From Bugula neritina (Eukaryota; Animalia; Bryozoa), in assembly GCA_964035545.1 (NCBI GenBank), contig OZ037770.1:9306973-9370972 (forward strand): a DNA stretch of 64,000 nucleotides. The letters are read 5' to 3'. The notes below the pieces were generated by a model. That model had not been told where the DNA came from. It saw only the letters and a program-made list of their open reading frames with translations, and searched no databases. Below are positions 36,125 to 60,838 of this stretch, piece after piece; the stretch's first letter is position 1; each line of letters begins with the position of its first letter. The position numbers and the translations under genes are program-made.

Positions 36125-38526
36125 CTACCGCAGAAGATACACAGAAGTTAAAACCACTGTGAGGCTCATAAAAGATGGTAGAGTAATGGCCACACCACTA
36201 GTAATCTTTACTCTCTTTTTCTTAATCTTTCTTCTCAGGGTCTTTAAAGCTGAAACAACGAAGTTTAAAGTTACTAGCAATATTTGGATATATGAATGCC
36301 TGAATGTATTGGATGATTTGAAAAATTATATATTTGATAGTTTATTTTTCATTACTTTTCAGCAACAAAGTTATTATGCAGCTTATTAAAGGTTTTTAAT
36401 AAAGAAAGAAAAAAATATTCACTCTCAAAAAGAACCACAAATAGCGAGAACTTGTGTGTGCAGAAAAGCTAATCTTTTTCATTGGTGTTATCCCAATTAG
36501 CCACCAGGCTAAATTACCCACTTAGACATTTCCCACATGGACGCTTCCCAATAAGACGCTATTTATTTATTTTAGTACAACGTGATTATATGTATTTTTG
36601 TTTAAGGAAAATTTTTTAAATCAGCTCTTGAAGTTTGGGGAAGCATAGCAAGTAATTCGGAGTCTTAAAACTAAATGAAATATTTAATACATCTTTCATG
36701 TCATTGTTTTAATAAAGCATTAACAAATTGCAAATAGAAAAGTAACAGTTTTTTAACTGGAAAAAAATGTGCTCAGGTTCAAAGGTTCAAAGAGTTTATA
36801 ACAATTCAACAAGAAACCGTAAGTAAAACAATAATACTATAACACAGGAGCAGCCGTGGTCTAGGGGTTAGAGAGTTTGCTTAGTAAACACTAAGTATTG
36901 GGAACAAACTCTCCCACACAAAAAACCCTTGGTGATGTTAGGAAGAGCATCAAGTCATGATTGCTCCTGTGCCCTATATAAATAGGCCTTTAGCCCCTTT
37001 AACAAAAAACCCATCTTCATCAGGAGTTTTCTAAAAAAAATGGCGACTACAAACATGGGTGAGCTTTTTTATAATACTATAACATTCTATAGGATACAGT
37101 ACAGTATTATTTACAAAATACCAGAATAATTAAAAAAATATCATCAAGGAAATTATGACATTAACAGGATGGCTTATGGTTCTATGGTGGATTTAACCTC
37201 TGCACTTGTATAATTCATCTCTTCAGTCAACAGAATTACAGCACCAAGACATGATTAGCTTAACTTAAACCCACGTAGTTTTTTTATCTCGGCTTAAGTT
37301 GCTTAACTAATCAGCTTTTAGTTTTCAAGAATTTCTTTTTGCTAAAATGAAGCATTCAAAACTAGATTGATTATGTGTCAAAATAAGAGTTGACACCTTT
37401 AATGACAAACAATTGACACTTTTACTTCTTGATTGTTGACACTTTTACTACTCTTTGTTGACACTTTTACTACTCTTTGTTGACACTTTTACTACTCTTT
37501 GTTGACACTTTTACTACTCGATTGTTGACACTTTTACTACTTGATTGTTGACAATTTTACTACTTGATTGTTGACACTTTTACTACTTGATTGTTGAAAC
37601 TTTTACTACTTGATTGTTGACACTTTTACTAGTTTCTGTTGACACTTTTACTATTGATTGTTGACACTTTTACTATTAATTGTTGACACTGTTACTACTT
37701 GATTGTTGACACTTTTACTACTCTTTGTTGACACTTTTACTATTGATTTCTTACACCTTCACCGCTAAACTGCTGTCTCTCCAACTCTTACAACTCTGAT
37801 GAGCACAGCTGTTACAAACTTTCACAGTGCAGCAGAATATAAAGAAATCATGTCAAATATTGTAGCTTTAATTAAAGTTGACAAATTGACAAAAGTTATT
37901 AAGAAATTAGGCAAATAATTATGCTTTTTTGATAATAATTATTTATATCTTACTTGGTAGAAAATCTGAATAATTATATTATAGTGTTTTGAGAAATGCT
38001 TCTGTTTTAGGAATTAAATACAAGAACTATTTGGTTGCCCCTGAATAATACTAGCGAAGGGTGGGAACTGGTAGAAATTATATGCTTATTATAGTACCAT
38101 GTGCCTCTACCCTACACCAGCAGTGAGGAATTCTAGTATTATTGTATTAAAGGATTAGGATTATAAGGGAGCTGCACTGTGAGCTGTTCACTGGCTAATT
38201 ATCTCCCCTCCCACTGATACTATCATGTACTACATAGCACTTTCACCACTCTAAATCCTTTTATGAATAACTAAACTCTGCAGGCTGTACTTGAAGTAGT
38301 AGGTCTATTATAAATCCCTAGCAAGATATTGGTTTACATGCACCAACAGTGTGCAAATACCTACCAAACAACAAAAAGACAAGTTGCTCGCAGTACACAA
38401 TATAAATTATGCTGCATGCGATGGTATGTGTGTATATATGTGTGTACATGTGTGTGTATATATGTGTGTATATGTGTGTGTATATGTGTGTAAATTATAT
38501 GTGTTGTGTGTATGTATGTGTATGTA

Positions 38527-38580
<54 letters not shown>

Positions 38581-41500
38581 TGCGTGTGTGTGTGTTATAT
38601 GTGTGTCTGTTATATGTGTGTGTGTTATATGTGTGTGTTATATGTGTGTGTTATATGTGTGTGTTATATGTGTGTGTTATATGTGTGTGTTATATGTGTG
38701 TGTTATATGTGTGTGTTATATGTGTGTGTTATATGTGTGTGTTATATGTGTGTGTTATGTGTGTGTTATGTGTGTGTTATGTGTGTGTGTTATGTGTGTG
38801 TTATATGTGTGTGTTATATGTGTGTGTTATATGTGTGTGTTATATGTGTGTGTTATATGTGTGTGTTATATGTGTGTGTTATATGTGTGTTATGTGTGTG
38901 TTATGTGTGTGTTATGTGTGTGTTATGTGTGTGTGTTATGTGTGTGTTATGTGTGTGTGTTTGTGTGTTTGTGTGTTTGTGTGTGTGTTATTATAATTTC
39001 ATTTTTTACAATATAAAAACAACAGTTAGTTTGATTGAACTTGAACAATATACTGAATGAATGATATTTTGTAGTTATTATTCAGTAATTCGGAAATAAT
39101 GTATTAATTTAATAAAACTGAGATGAGGCTGTTCTGTATGTACAACATATTGCTCATGTACAGGTGTGTAATACAGAATTAAAAAAGATATAATTAGCAA
39201 TGGCTTGGTTTGACTTGAGTCTAAGAGGAAAGAACAGCGACTTACGTGTAGTTGGAGGTGCAAGAGTAGTTGTTGTGGAAAGCATTCTTTCTGTTGTTGG
39301 TTTACTACCACACAGGTCTTGTATGTACACCTGTAATATACAGTATGTACCTATTACTACCACACAGGTCCTGTATAACATACAGTATGTACCTATTACT
39401 ACAGCTATGATGTGAGAACACAATTCCAAATTATATATTACGTATTTTGGGATGGTTGTTTTTTTATATTTTTTCAAGTTTTAAAAAAAGTAAGATGTTT
39501 TGTTCATGAGAACACATAACTTTTCTTTTTTCTTGTATATGCGAATAAACTTTTGCTGTGGGTACCTTTGAGTTCCCTGTAACGTAGCATTAGGTTGTAG
39601 GTTGGCAAACATGTTGAAGAGATGACAATTGCTACTGTTACACCTGTCATATATACTATAATATGCAGCATAAATAATACTAATAATGAGAATAAGGATA
39701 ATCCACAAAGAACGGAGAAGCGGCATGAGTCATATTACAAAAAACCATACTAAAGAGGAATTTATTGACCTATAACATGTTTGCTGCTCATGTGTAAACA
39801 CTGACAAGTATATTAGCTGAAAGGCTGTATGATCATCTCCCAGATCGAACTGTCATTAGAGAGAGAAGAAAGGCGGCTTTACAAGGCAAGGAGCACCAAA
39901 GATCATTTCATGCTTGGCAATAAATGGTGTTTCAAGAAGTAAAAGTACTAAACTAATGTTGTGTTGGATAGATTATTAGAATGCATATGACATGCTACGA
40001 TGCATGCTGCTAAATCTTGGAGACATTGGTGAATTAAAGGAAATAATTGGAGAAAAAAGGAAAATACAGGATTAAGCACTAAAACTAAACTACTTTTGAA
40101 AAACGTCAAAAATTAGAATTAAAAGCGTTGGAGCTCTAAGTGGATTTGTTAGCACTACTTAGACTTTAAAGTAACTGTTTTTTATATATCTACTTCAGCC
40201 TAGTGGAATTAGGTCGGTAGTGAGAGATTACACTAGAAAGAATACAAAGCTGTAATGCAACCATAATACTAATATAGCGCAGAGCTAGCCTATACTCACC
40301 GTTCCATTTGGCCGTCCATCACAAAGGGGGTATATGATGTTACTCCACTTCTCCTTTATAGTTTGCACTTGGTTCTTCACACTATCACAAGGTCGGGTTA
40401 AGTTGAACCCAAAATATAGTAGCCAAGTATCTAAAGTGGCTTGGAGACATTCCAAGGGAGCCTCCATCTTTCTAATAAACAAAACATGCATGCAATATTT
40501 TAAAACTCTATCAACTGATGCGATGTTTTAGCCTACTTGAATTAGAAACTTATTAGAAATGCAACTTTTACGTTTTTTATAGCGCGTTTTTGACGAAAAA
40601 TACAAAAACCAACACGTATCATTACTGAGCTTGCTATTCCTATTTATAACTAAGCTTATGAAATATGATAGTTGATAGAGGTATTGTAGGCATAAAACAA
40701 AAATACAAAAAGCATTTTATTTTCTTAAAACGGCACCAACAGGTTAATGAATTCATAAAAAAGAGGTACTGGGTGCAACAATATTACAGCTTGCATGGGT
40801 TGAAAATATTGAAAACTTCTTATTTTTTTTTGACATGTAATAATTTGATCTGGTAAACGACCTTGTTATTTGGCCTTGTTTGCTAGTGGAGTTAATAGAA
40901 AGTACCATGGTGTCTCATGAATGTAATCTATTTGTAGTGAAATATTTTAATTATAACATATCTTATTACAACATTATTGATAGAATTAGAGCTTGAATGG
41001 GTTGTGACTGGTTGGATAAATATGTACTGAGAAAGACAACTCCTACATTTATGTAGTGTAGGCATCAAGCGTAATGTTATACAGTACAATATTATATTCA
41101 ATGAAATATACATATCTTAGAAGTAAGCTGTTTCAACCGAACACAGTAAGCTACCTAAACTTTACTGCATAACTTATATCAATAACTTGTAAATAATACT
41201 GATACTAATACTACTGTATTTTATACTATGGTAATCGATTTGTGGCTAACCATAATATACTAATAACTTGCAACTATATAGACTTGTAATTTATAATTAT
41301 ATTATAGTGCCAATATTACCACTAGAATATCCAATAATATCAAGAAGTTTGTAATTGGTACCAAGACTAGAGCTAACACAGTTCTAACTCAAAATTATTA
41401 CCCACATTATAGTACACTATATTACTAATGTTAATAATTTAATTTATACTATAAAAATGATACTAATAATACAATATACTATAACCCTGATTAACTTACA

Positions 41501-43801
41501 ACTTAGGTAACTATTACCAAATATTATATAATATATCATACTATAGTATGAGAACTGTTACTAAATAGAGACAAACTTACGGGCAGAAATCCTCGAGGTT
41601 CTGAGATCTGGCATCTTCGTTGAGCTCATAAAAATATGCCCAGTTGATGTCTGAATCCTACAAGATGTGACAGACTGAGAATATTTATAACATACTGGCT
41701 ATAAGTCATGTGTCATTCACAGGTATATTCTACTTGTCATATTTTATTCATTTAGCACATTGCTATGTGGAATTGGTAAAATATTTTAAATACTTATCAG
41801 CAGAAGCAAAAAAGTAACTAATGTGCAAAAAATAGAAAATATTCATACGATATGTTTTACAAAAACAATGCAATGTCCGATATTTAAAAGTATAGAAGCA
41901 TAATATTATTAAACGTTTTCAAAGTTTGTTATGCATAATAACTAGATACACTATTATACACAATACTCAATATTATGTAACACAGTTTATAACTAAATCT
42001 ACAGAGAGCAGCTGTGGTCTAGCGGTTAGAGTGTTTGCCTAGTAAGCACGAAGTCAGTGGTTCGAGCCCGACAAAGGTCATTGGTGATGTTAGAAAGAGT
42101 ATCCAGTCATAATTGCTTCTGTGCCCTATGTGAAAAAAATTCCTTAGCCAGATTTAAAAAAAACCCTTTCCATCAGGGGTTTCTCACAGAGATAGTGACT
42201 ATAAGTTTTCATGAGTTTTATGTAACTAAATCTACAGAATATTAGATGACTCATTACTTTCATCTCCCCAAAGCAGAACAAGTTGACGTAATCTCCACAG
42301 AGTCCGACTGCAGACTTTCTCAGCTCACACTCCATCTCCCACTGAAAAATGGCAGTCTTGTGAAAACGACGGGCGGGTGTACACACCCCCGAACAGTCTA
42401 GTCCAGACTCTTTGAGAACATTGTCTATGCAATTCACATATCTGTAAAAATATATTATAACAAATTAGACAACAATACAAAAGCAGGCAAATCCAACATA
42501 TATTACTTGTTATTGGTGTAACGATGGCTGAACACAATTATGATGTACCATATAAATAATGTATAACTATGTAAGATGAGTTGATGGAAAAAACATTAGA
42601 GCAGTGCAAGACTAACAAATTTTGTGATTGATTTCTACCAATGAAAATTTTTTCTATCGACTGCATAAGTAATGAGGTCAGTTGTTGTTTCTCATCAATT
42701 GGAGAGAATTTAGTGAATCAGCAACTACTGTTTCTCCAGAAGTCATCAGCAGTGAAGCTGTTGGTAATTCTTGATTAAAGACAGTGACAGATTCGTCTTC
42801 ACAAAGGAACAGTAAGGAGGGAGGATCAATTTTTTTCAAGATTTTCTATTAGAGAACACTTGCACGTGTTATACCTAGGTGATATGCACATGTCTTATTC
42901 ACAGTTGTTTGCATATATCAAAGGTTGGCTGTTTGAACGATTCAAATGTAGAAGTATTATCATTCAAGCACTGAAGAGAAGATAACTTCTAATCACTATA
43001 TTAGACTGCTAAAACTGCTTACTTTGTCAGGTGATGACCACAGGTTTGTTTGTTGTGTAGCATGTCACATGCCCTGGTGTCTGCCATTCTACACTGAGAC
43101 ACTGCAAGGTAGATGAGTATAAAATTAAAATTGATTTCCTTGTCATAGTGAACATGGGATTTGTATTACAAGTCCTCATATAAAAACAACTAGACGAGAA
43201 TTTCAAATTAAGTTAGCTCATGACACCTAATTATATGATAAAAAAAATCAGCAGCTATGGTTTAAGGGTTAGTATGTAAAAATGAGGTTGTTGTGTCCAT
43301 ACCCACCAAAAGCCATTGGTGATGGCAAGATCAGTGTATCTATAGTACAGATTGCTTCTGTACTACAATAGTTAAAAAAGGCCCTTTCCATTATAAAAGT
43401 TCTCTCAGAAATAGCAACCATCAATTCACACATGTTTATATACAGAACAACACCACCCTAATTCCTAAAGAGATTATTATAGTTGCTCACATTAACACCA
43501 TAAACTGGCCCACGACCTCTTTAAACTTACCTGCACCATCTACAGGCCATTCAGATTCACAGTACTTAGAGATCACGACTTCCAAGTGTTTATACTGCTT
43601 AGGGTAACTGTATGATACTCCAACCTCCAGATTCTTTTTGCAGTGTTGAAAGCATTGGTAGGCCCACACAAACTCACTAAAACATACATACAAAAAATAA
43701 ATTCTTTTAAATATCATCAATCTTTCAACTATTCTTCTTGTACATGCACGTATTTAGAATAAGCACATGAAAATGTCTCCAAATAGTGAAAGTTTAAAAT
43801 T

Positions 43802-43845
<44 letters not shown>

Positions 43846-46800
43846 TTCTAGTTTTCAGTTCTAATTTGTTGGTGTATGCTAAAAAAGTAAGATCAATTAC
43901 CCAAATATGATTTGTGATAACTAGTAGCTATTTTTATATAATATTATGAAATATGAACATATTTTAAATATGTATATCTATTTTATTATGTATATATTGG
44001 CATGGATGGCATAATACATATATCAAGATAGTGAAATAATTTGAGCATACAAAACCAACACATTGATACAATAATATTAGGTATTTGAATATAATATTTA
44101 TATATTTTGTAACTTCATAATGTTCTGTCATTATTATATAACAGCAGTGCCTTGCAAAGCTTCTTGCACCCTCTCCAATGAATACTTACTCACAACTCCT
44201 TATTCCAGCTGCCCTCCATGGTTTGGTGATGTTCTCTTTCTGAAACTGTTTGAAGAACTTGAAGGTGGTGAAATCTTCTATAGCTCGATCTGCTAGAATC
44301 ACACACTCTGTGCAGGCTGTAAGATAAAATAAACAATCGTATCAGCAAACTACCATCAGTGTTTGATGATGCTCAACTTGCTTTTTGTAAACGATGCTCC
44401 TTATGTTTACTGTTTAAGTTTGCTTACATCGACTTAATCATAATTTGATTTACAAGAACATGCAATGCCAGACAGACTTTAATCATGATTTCAGCAAAGT
44501 TCATCTGCTTACCAATGTTATAGGAACTTTTATACTTTTGTTTGATAAACTTCAGCAAAATAATTTCAATCTTATAGGCTACCATATTTGTAGTCATTGC
44601 AGTTTTGTTTAGAATTCAATGTTATATTTCATTGCCAACTTTGGCTAGCAAAAACATTTAGCTACTTCCTACAAATCCATGAAATTAAGTTTAGAAATCA
44701 TTTACTGAAGCTAATTTCAAGAGCTTCTCACTGTTTCTCACTGTTTCTCACTGTTTCTCACCGTTTCTCACAGTTTCTCATCGTTTCTCATGGTAACTGT
44801 TTTAATCTTTGCTGGTAACGGCAGTTAATTTCAAGAGTATTTATTTTAATACAAGTAAAATCTCAAGTTGTCAAAATTGAAAGGTAATAATTTTGTAAGA
44901 GGGCTTTACTATGACTAATTGCTATGAGTTATTCTCTTTGTAAATGAACTGTTAGTTGCTGCAAATATAACGGTTTAAGGCAGGGCTGTCCAACAGGTGG
45001 CTCTCAGCCTACATTTATGTGGCCCTCAAAGGCATAACAAACAACATTATTTTGCACACATATATCAATTAGAGTGAAAAAATAAACTTTCATAAAATAT
45101 CTTATCAATATAATGCTACAAAACAAGGAGCCTGCAGAAATTACTGAGGTTTCATTGTGTAATGATTCATAGAAATTTGAAAAAACGTAATTTGAAAAAT
45201 ACTGATGCAGTGGCCTCCGGCTCAAACTAAATTTTACAATATGTCTCTCGGCAACCAAATATTCTAATTCACTGGCCCTCGCTATGAAAAGGTTGGACAC
45301 CCTTGCCTAGACTCTAGAGTAATGCAAGTCATGTGAGTATATGCAACATAGGAAGTCAAAATGTTTTGAATTTGAGGTTTCTTGCACTTTTTCTTAAAAA
45401 ATGATGAACTCCCCCACAATGTCATAACTTACAATATAATGAAAAGCAATCAGTTTTGAATGTTCACTTAAATCAAATCGAGTGAATGTTGAAATATGTC
45501 GAAACATCATTATTTTTAACTAAAACACTAAATGATTTATTATAATGCAAATTATTTTTCGTAGAAGAATAATTAAAGGAAATATTAAATCATTCTAATT
45601 ATCAATTAACTTTTCCTCCAACATAAATTACAATCAAACCAAGCATTTAAAAAATTCCAATCAACACAAAACAATATTTCCAATGCACATTGAAACCAGT
45701 GATAATAGACTTTCAACTCCTACGTACAAAATAATTTCAAATGTATTGAGTAAAAGATTAAAATATTGTATCTATAAAGTTGCAAACAGAACACTGACAT
45801 GTGGTGTGTTTATGTTATGAATATATATGATGTTTTCTAACTGCATGTTCTATATTTCACTTTTGTTTGAGAAATCATAAGCATACAAGACCGTGAAACT
45901 AGAAAACCACAACACTAAGATATAGCTTCATGACTAAATTATTTAGCAGGTTTTAATAAATTAACAAAGCATAAAAAACTATAACCTATAAAAAATTTAC
46001 TCTCAATAGGAAATATTTCAAAATAATTTAATCACTGCTGCAAACATGCTTGCGTTCTAGATTTCTTTTGATTTATGCATATATGAAAAATCTGTATTTT
46101 TAAGTTTCAAATTTGTTAATGAAAATACGGTAAACTCCCATGAATAGACAAAATAGGAAACATTTTATTAATTTTCACGTAAAAAATATTCTAATTGCCT
46201 TCAATAATTGAGGGAAATAGCAATTAGCATTTAATGAGTTGCTAATTAGACTGCGAGGATATGTGCAGGAAATCTTTCTTGGACATGTTTTAGAATTATG
46301 AAATACATGCTGTCTAAAGAACTCTACAATTTTAAAAGAATAAGACTGATACATGCATGAAATATAGATAGAGATCTAGTGTTTGAAAGTTATTCCTATA
46401 TTACACCATGACAGGTTGGTAAATAGTGCATGCCACTGTCATAAATTGATAATCGCACTAAATCCTCAACAAAATGTGTGGAGCTTGACATCAGAAGGCA
46501 GGGAACAGTGAATGCATGAAGCATAACTCCATGACCAACTTATTTAGATGAAAGCTAAGTTATACAGGCTTGTGAAAAAACTTCAAAAGTAAAACATGAA
46601 CTTAATTTCTGTCTATTTGACAAAGTACCAAAGTAATAGATGCATTTAAGAAAGAAAAGAGAAATTACCCCCCACCTCACAGTAACACTCTTTACTTAAG
46701 CTACTCGATATTTTTTCTCTTTACTGAAAATCATTAAGGTTTTGACAAGCTGAAGCATAAAAATCTCAAAATAATGATTTATTGCGCCTCCCTTAATATT

Positions 46801-49422
46801 CCATTCTTTTTATTTAACAGTTATTTATTCGAAGTTTGAAAAGCTATTTATGGAAATGTCAAAATAGTGACTTTTTAAGTCATTAATATTACTTGACGTG
46901 ATGCCTACATTTATCTGACAAAAAACAGTCGGAACTGAGTCAAGTGAAACCAGCGCCAATGTAATGCTTGTTACTTCCACTGTAGAGAGATGATCAAAGT
47001 GTGGAAAAACAGAAGCATGGCTGAAAGTTGCTTGAAGGCATGACAAGAACCAAATGTCTTGTTTTGAATTTATACTATTACAGTTGTCTCACTACTTGAA
47101 ACTGTAGTGGAATTAAAATTACATCACCAATCATTCTGCTTTAGAATAGTTAACAGTTTAGTAACAATATAGAGTGTGGTTTCTTCTAAAATTAAATTCC
47201 TTAATGTTCCTATAAAATAAATCCTCCTGTCAATCAGTAGACTACATAAATTCTCAACCTCTATTTTTCTCAAGATTTATAGGCTATATCATGATCAAGC
47301 AACACAACTTCAGCTGTCATGTTTGAAGAAATGCAGACGACTTCTGATTGTTTCGAGCAAGCAAATTAGAAGTGAAGTAGTTTCAGTAACTGATATATGA
47401 GAATGATACTCACGGTTGTTCGGCATCTGGTACTTCCTACAACATAAATACATAAACAGTAATTAAAGAGTTGGCAACTTCACGATAACTACTGTTACAT
47501 TCTATATCTGCTGAGCCCAGAAACCAAGCAAATACAATTTTGAATAATGTCAAAGAAGGCACCAAGTACTTGTAGAATATGGCAGTCACTTCAAAATTAA
47601 CTTACTTAGTGCATCGCTATATAATATGTCCCTTTTCAAACTAAAACTTTAACTAAACCAAACTAAAACTTAGAATAATGAGCAATTCATTAGAGTATTA
47701 TTTGAATTTGTTCTTATTTTATCAATTAAAGGGGTATGACCTTATTTTTCAGTCTGCATCTATTTATAGAGTGTATATAAATACAAAGAGCAAATGACAC
47801 TTTGCAATAAATATCCTTAAGTAGACTATAAAATGACCAGCAGTGGTTGTAGAGAATCTTGAGTAATAGCAGCTTAGCATATACTTTGGTTATACTATAG
47901 GTAGGGCCAGTCAATATTATATATATATATATCTGTAACTAACTTATTTTAATATATTATGTGTATAGAATAGAAGCTATATAATTGCATACATATATTA
48001 TGAGATGATTCTAAATATAGGAGAGATGATGCATAACTAATAACTGCCATTGGTAATTGTTTAAGTATGATATGGTATTGGGATTACCCCTTTAGATTAG
48101 AGTGGGATTATAGAGCATCAGAAAGTGTAGTACCCAGGCTAGTAGTTAGTTGACTAGTATATCACTTAATAGTGTGAGCTTAATACAGAGTCACGCAATA
48201 TATGTGCATCATCAAAAGAAACTTCATTCAAATAAATAAAGTAGTAAATAAAACCAACGTTTGTCGTTTATTTATTTTCAACCAAGGTAATACTACTAGC
48301 CTGTCTGAAGATGTTGGCCAGGAGAGAAATCCTTCTTAGTGTAGAATTGTAAGATGATTTTTTGAGAGACAATGATAAATGTGTGGTTATAGACAGACAT
48401 GCTGTGTTAAGCCAACAGTTATACTACACTGAAAATGTAAACCAGCTTACCTGGGAGGTTGTGGCTGTGCTACACCAGTAGCCAACAAAGCAGCTACAAA
48501 ATAGGGTTATATAAAATTTAAGTGTCACATGACAAAACAAAAGGTAAATACTAGGACTGTGCAATTGGGCAAATAATAGCAAGGTAAGCCTTCCAAATAT
48601 TTATGTTGAGAAAAGCATGAATTTCTTAAGAAAGTTGAAACCTAAATAAAGCAAGATGAAAAAAGTTACATTCTGCTTGTTATATGAAATACTTATTATT
48701 ATAATGTTGATCTCTATAATTATTTGCTGAGGAGAAACAATTAGTATCTACAGCTCGGCTATAAAATCTATGACTAGTTATATAGCAGGTCTCTGAAAAG
48801 TGTGCTAACAGTGTTGAACCTGAGAATTCAAAACTGCCATTATTTGAACATTGAGTTGCTTAATGACATATCAGTGGCTCCCAATAAAGGGGAAAGGGAG
48901 GCACTAGAACTTTTGAGAAATACAATTAATACTCTAGCAAATTTATTGACAAAATTGTTCATACTCTATATTGTGTTATTGGTGCATTGCTCACTATAAT
49001 ATCTTGTAAATCGATGCACGTCTCATTATTCAGCTTAAACATTGCATAGAAAATCATAACCCTAAGAGTGATTCTGAAACTATATCTGTTCTAAAAGTAA
49101 AAATCTCTGTAATATTATACTCTTGTAAAAGACTGGGAAATTCATTTCACTTTCAACAAACATAAGCAGTTGCACTCATCATTATTTTACAATACTATTT
49201 ACGGCAATACATGAAGAAAGTTGTGTAATAGAAATGTAAGAATCTAAAATTTCACATCTGACAAGTACGTTGCAGCTAAACAAAAGAGTTTAGCTTAATA
49301 ACTTAAGTTAAAAATTAATACAATTCGCAAAATTCAACACAATACAGTTCATAAAGAATTACAGACTTTCCCATTAGTATAGACAACTTACCTGCTAGGA
49401 GACAGAGCGTGTTCCAGTACAT
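36125..49422 (-). CDS. Cys-rich secreted, probably GPI-anchored protein, paralog A (about 363 aa, family unrecognised)
   Basis: Exons 49392-49422, 48451-48493, 47414-47436, 44190-44316, 43531-43676, 43023-43101, 42258-42441, 41581-41657, 40300-40471, 39246-39330, 36125-36249, all phase-compatible. Signal peptide MYWNTLCLLAAALLATGVA, 20 mature Cys, Thr stalk, C-terminus ...KITSGVAITLPSFMSLTVVLTSVYLLR*. The last exon is the least certain. Confidence 0.8.
36847..37070 (+). mobile_element. SINE family 1 copy with 14-bp TSD
   Basis: TSD ataatactataaca at 36831-36844 and 37071-37084. Confidence 0.9.
37385..37752. repeat. 21-22-bp minisatellite (ttgttgacacttttactact..)n, about 15 copies
   Basis: Directly visible. 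Confidence 0.9.
38425..38990. repeat. Compound (TG)n/(GCGT)n/(TTATATGTGTGTG)n micro/minisatellite
   Basis: Directly visible. Confidence 0.95.
42006..42222 (+). mobile_element. SINE family 1 copy with 16-bp TSD, specific to paralog A
   Basis: TSD taactaaatctacaga at 41990-42005 and 42223-42238; paralog B shows the empty site near 56039. Confidence 0.92.
43249..43430 (+). mobile_element. Old diverged SINE family 1 copy
   Basis: cagcagctatggtttaagggttag...gccattggtgatggcaaga...attgcttctgt. Confidence 0.55.
44981..45305. mobile_element. hAT/Charlie-type MITE, same family as 1319-1649 in opposite orientation
   Basis: CAGGGCTGTCCAACAGG...AAAAGGTTGGACACCCTTG; internal catttatgtggccctcaaaggcataa matches the reverse complement of 1570-1597; TSD not clear. 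Confidence 0.8.
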
Positions 49423-49580
49423 GGTGATGTGATGTAGTGAGAGTAGCTAACATACAGTGTGGTACACCAGCTAGTAGTTCTCAGTAGCTGACACTAGAGT
49501 GTGCTGCATTCAAGCTAACCCTTGAGACAAGAATAAATGACAGATCTACTGCTATAGTTATTATGAGGTAACACCTCTCG

Positions 49581-49594
49581 GTTGCCATGGCGAT
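49581..49594. promoter_or_regulatory. X-box (RFX) upstream of paralog A
   Basis: GTTGCCATGGCGAT about 160 bp upstream of ATG 49422; conserved in paralog B. Confidence 0.6.
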
Positions 49595-50861
49595 TTCATA
49601 AGTTATTCTTGATACAATTAAATAATTAGCATAGAATAATGGAGCCTCCCAAAAGAGATTTAGTCGTTACATTACAGAGATGGTCAGCGAAACATATGTA
49701 ACAGAGGCTGAAAAATAATTCCGCCTTTAATTACGAGTTTATTATGAAAACCTTGCGTGTGGAATGCAGTGTTATTAAAATTTCAATTATATTTTGTCAT
49801 TAAATACACATTGCTTCTTTTTACAAAGACATTAAACCTCATTGCTTGCTTGTTTATTTTTGTTTAAAAGATATTATAATCACAAAGATATGCATCTGTT
49901 TATGTAAAACAAGCCCGCGGACAAAGCAGTTTCAGTCTTTATTCTATACATGATCACAATGGGTTACTGTAAGGAATAAAAGTAGTCAAGGCTGATGACA
50001 GTAATTAAACTCGTATCTATCCATGAAGTTTGAATGTTTTATTTAATGATCTCATAAAGTAATGAGGGGTGAATATTTATAGGCATTGTTTGGTCAAAAA
50101 GTAAACACTTTTAAATTTATTTCTTTGCTTGGTTTCAACTTTATTTTTGACAGAGATAATGTTGTATAAAAGTTTACTTAGTAAAACAAGACCCAACTCA
50201 CTTATAAATTATACACAGTTTCTCTCAGTCACCATATATTCATATAGGAGGCTACAGTTTTATGGTTGGTATCGGAACATGTAATACGAACAGCTCCTGT
50301 TTCCAGGAATGAACAGTTACAAAGCAAACCAAGCCAAAAGTCTCACTAGTAACCTTCTACTTACACCTTTAACTCACGAGCTCAAGTTTTTCAGTTGAAA
50401 CAAATTTGTTGAAGAAAATTAACGTGTGTACCAAGATGTAGCTTATAACTCATATTATCCTATTTTCTTGACAAAACCCCCAGAAATAACATTATACGTT
50501 GTAAAAAGTACAATTTAGTCATGAGTTGTCTACTTTTAGTGGCAATCTTCCAACTGTAGCCAACTTGCTATAGCCAGATGACCAGATGATTTTAAGCAAA
50601 AATTGAAATGAAGAAATTCCATTATATGTTACAAGTATTAAGGTTGGTTAGCAGTCAGCTGATTCACACGTAGAGTATCTTTCAGCCAAAGACAATCATG
50701 CACAGCACAGTATGCTAAACATGTGTGTATGAGTTTTACATTTATCAATTGCTAAATGAAAGTCTTGAAGAATTATTGTTCTAAGGCTTTTTTGTGCATG
50801 AAAAATTCACTCAGCTAAAACCACCAGCGCCTATTTCTAGAGAACTGCACAAGATAGAAAG

Positions 50862-50968
50862 GATTTTAAATTGGGCTAAGGACTTGTTTATATGTGCCAA
50901 AAAGAGCAATTGTGACTGGATGCTCTTCCTAAAATTACCAATGGACTTTTACTGGGGATAAAAGGCCA
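50862..50968 (-). mobile_element. Partial SINE family 1 copy, reverse orientation, intergenic
   Basis: gagcaattgtgactggatgctcttcctaa is the reverse complement of the SINE core. Confidence 0.65.
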
Positions 50969-51403
50969 TTGAGTGATAATAACCAAGTCTATATTTTTAC
51001 CCATCATCTCCAATCTACATACAAAGTGGATCACATGCTAAATATACATATTTTCATGAAAAACAAGCTTGGAGAGATATCAGGTTGCAGGAAGCTTAGC
51101 TTAAAAGAATCTCTGCTGATTGCAACTCTACATGCAAGCATGACTATATTATGTAAAATAATTTAAGGTATAAGTTTATTTATTTTCCTAAATCAATTTA
51201 GTACTGATAAAAATGAATTGTATTATGTGAAAAGATGCAGAAAAGAATATATATATATAATGTTTAAAGTCAATCAGATGTTTTGATATAAACAAACATT
51301 ACAGTAAAAGTTCAAATTTGATAATGAAAATAATAGCAACTGAAATAAAGTAATAAAACTAACAAATGCTTACTAATTATGATATGTTATTTGCCAACTT
51401 TGA

Positions 51404-60838
<9,435 letters not shown>

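Noticed and set aside
36102-36389. Plus-strand hydrophobic 95-aa ORF
   Set aside because: Antisense shadow of the proposed last exon of paralog A; no supporting gene structure
38351-39060. Long Cys/Val/Tyr-rich ORFs in three frames
   Set aside because: Translation artefacts of a TG-rich microsatellite
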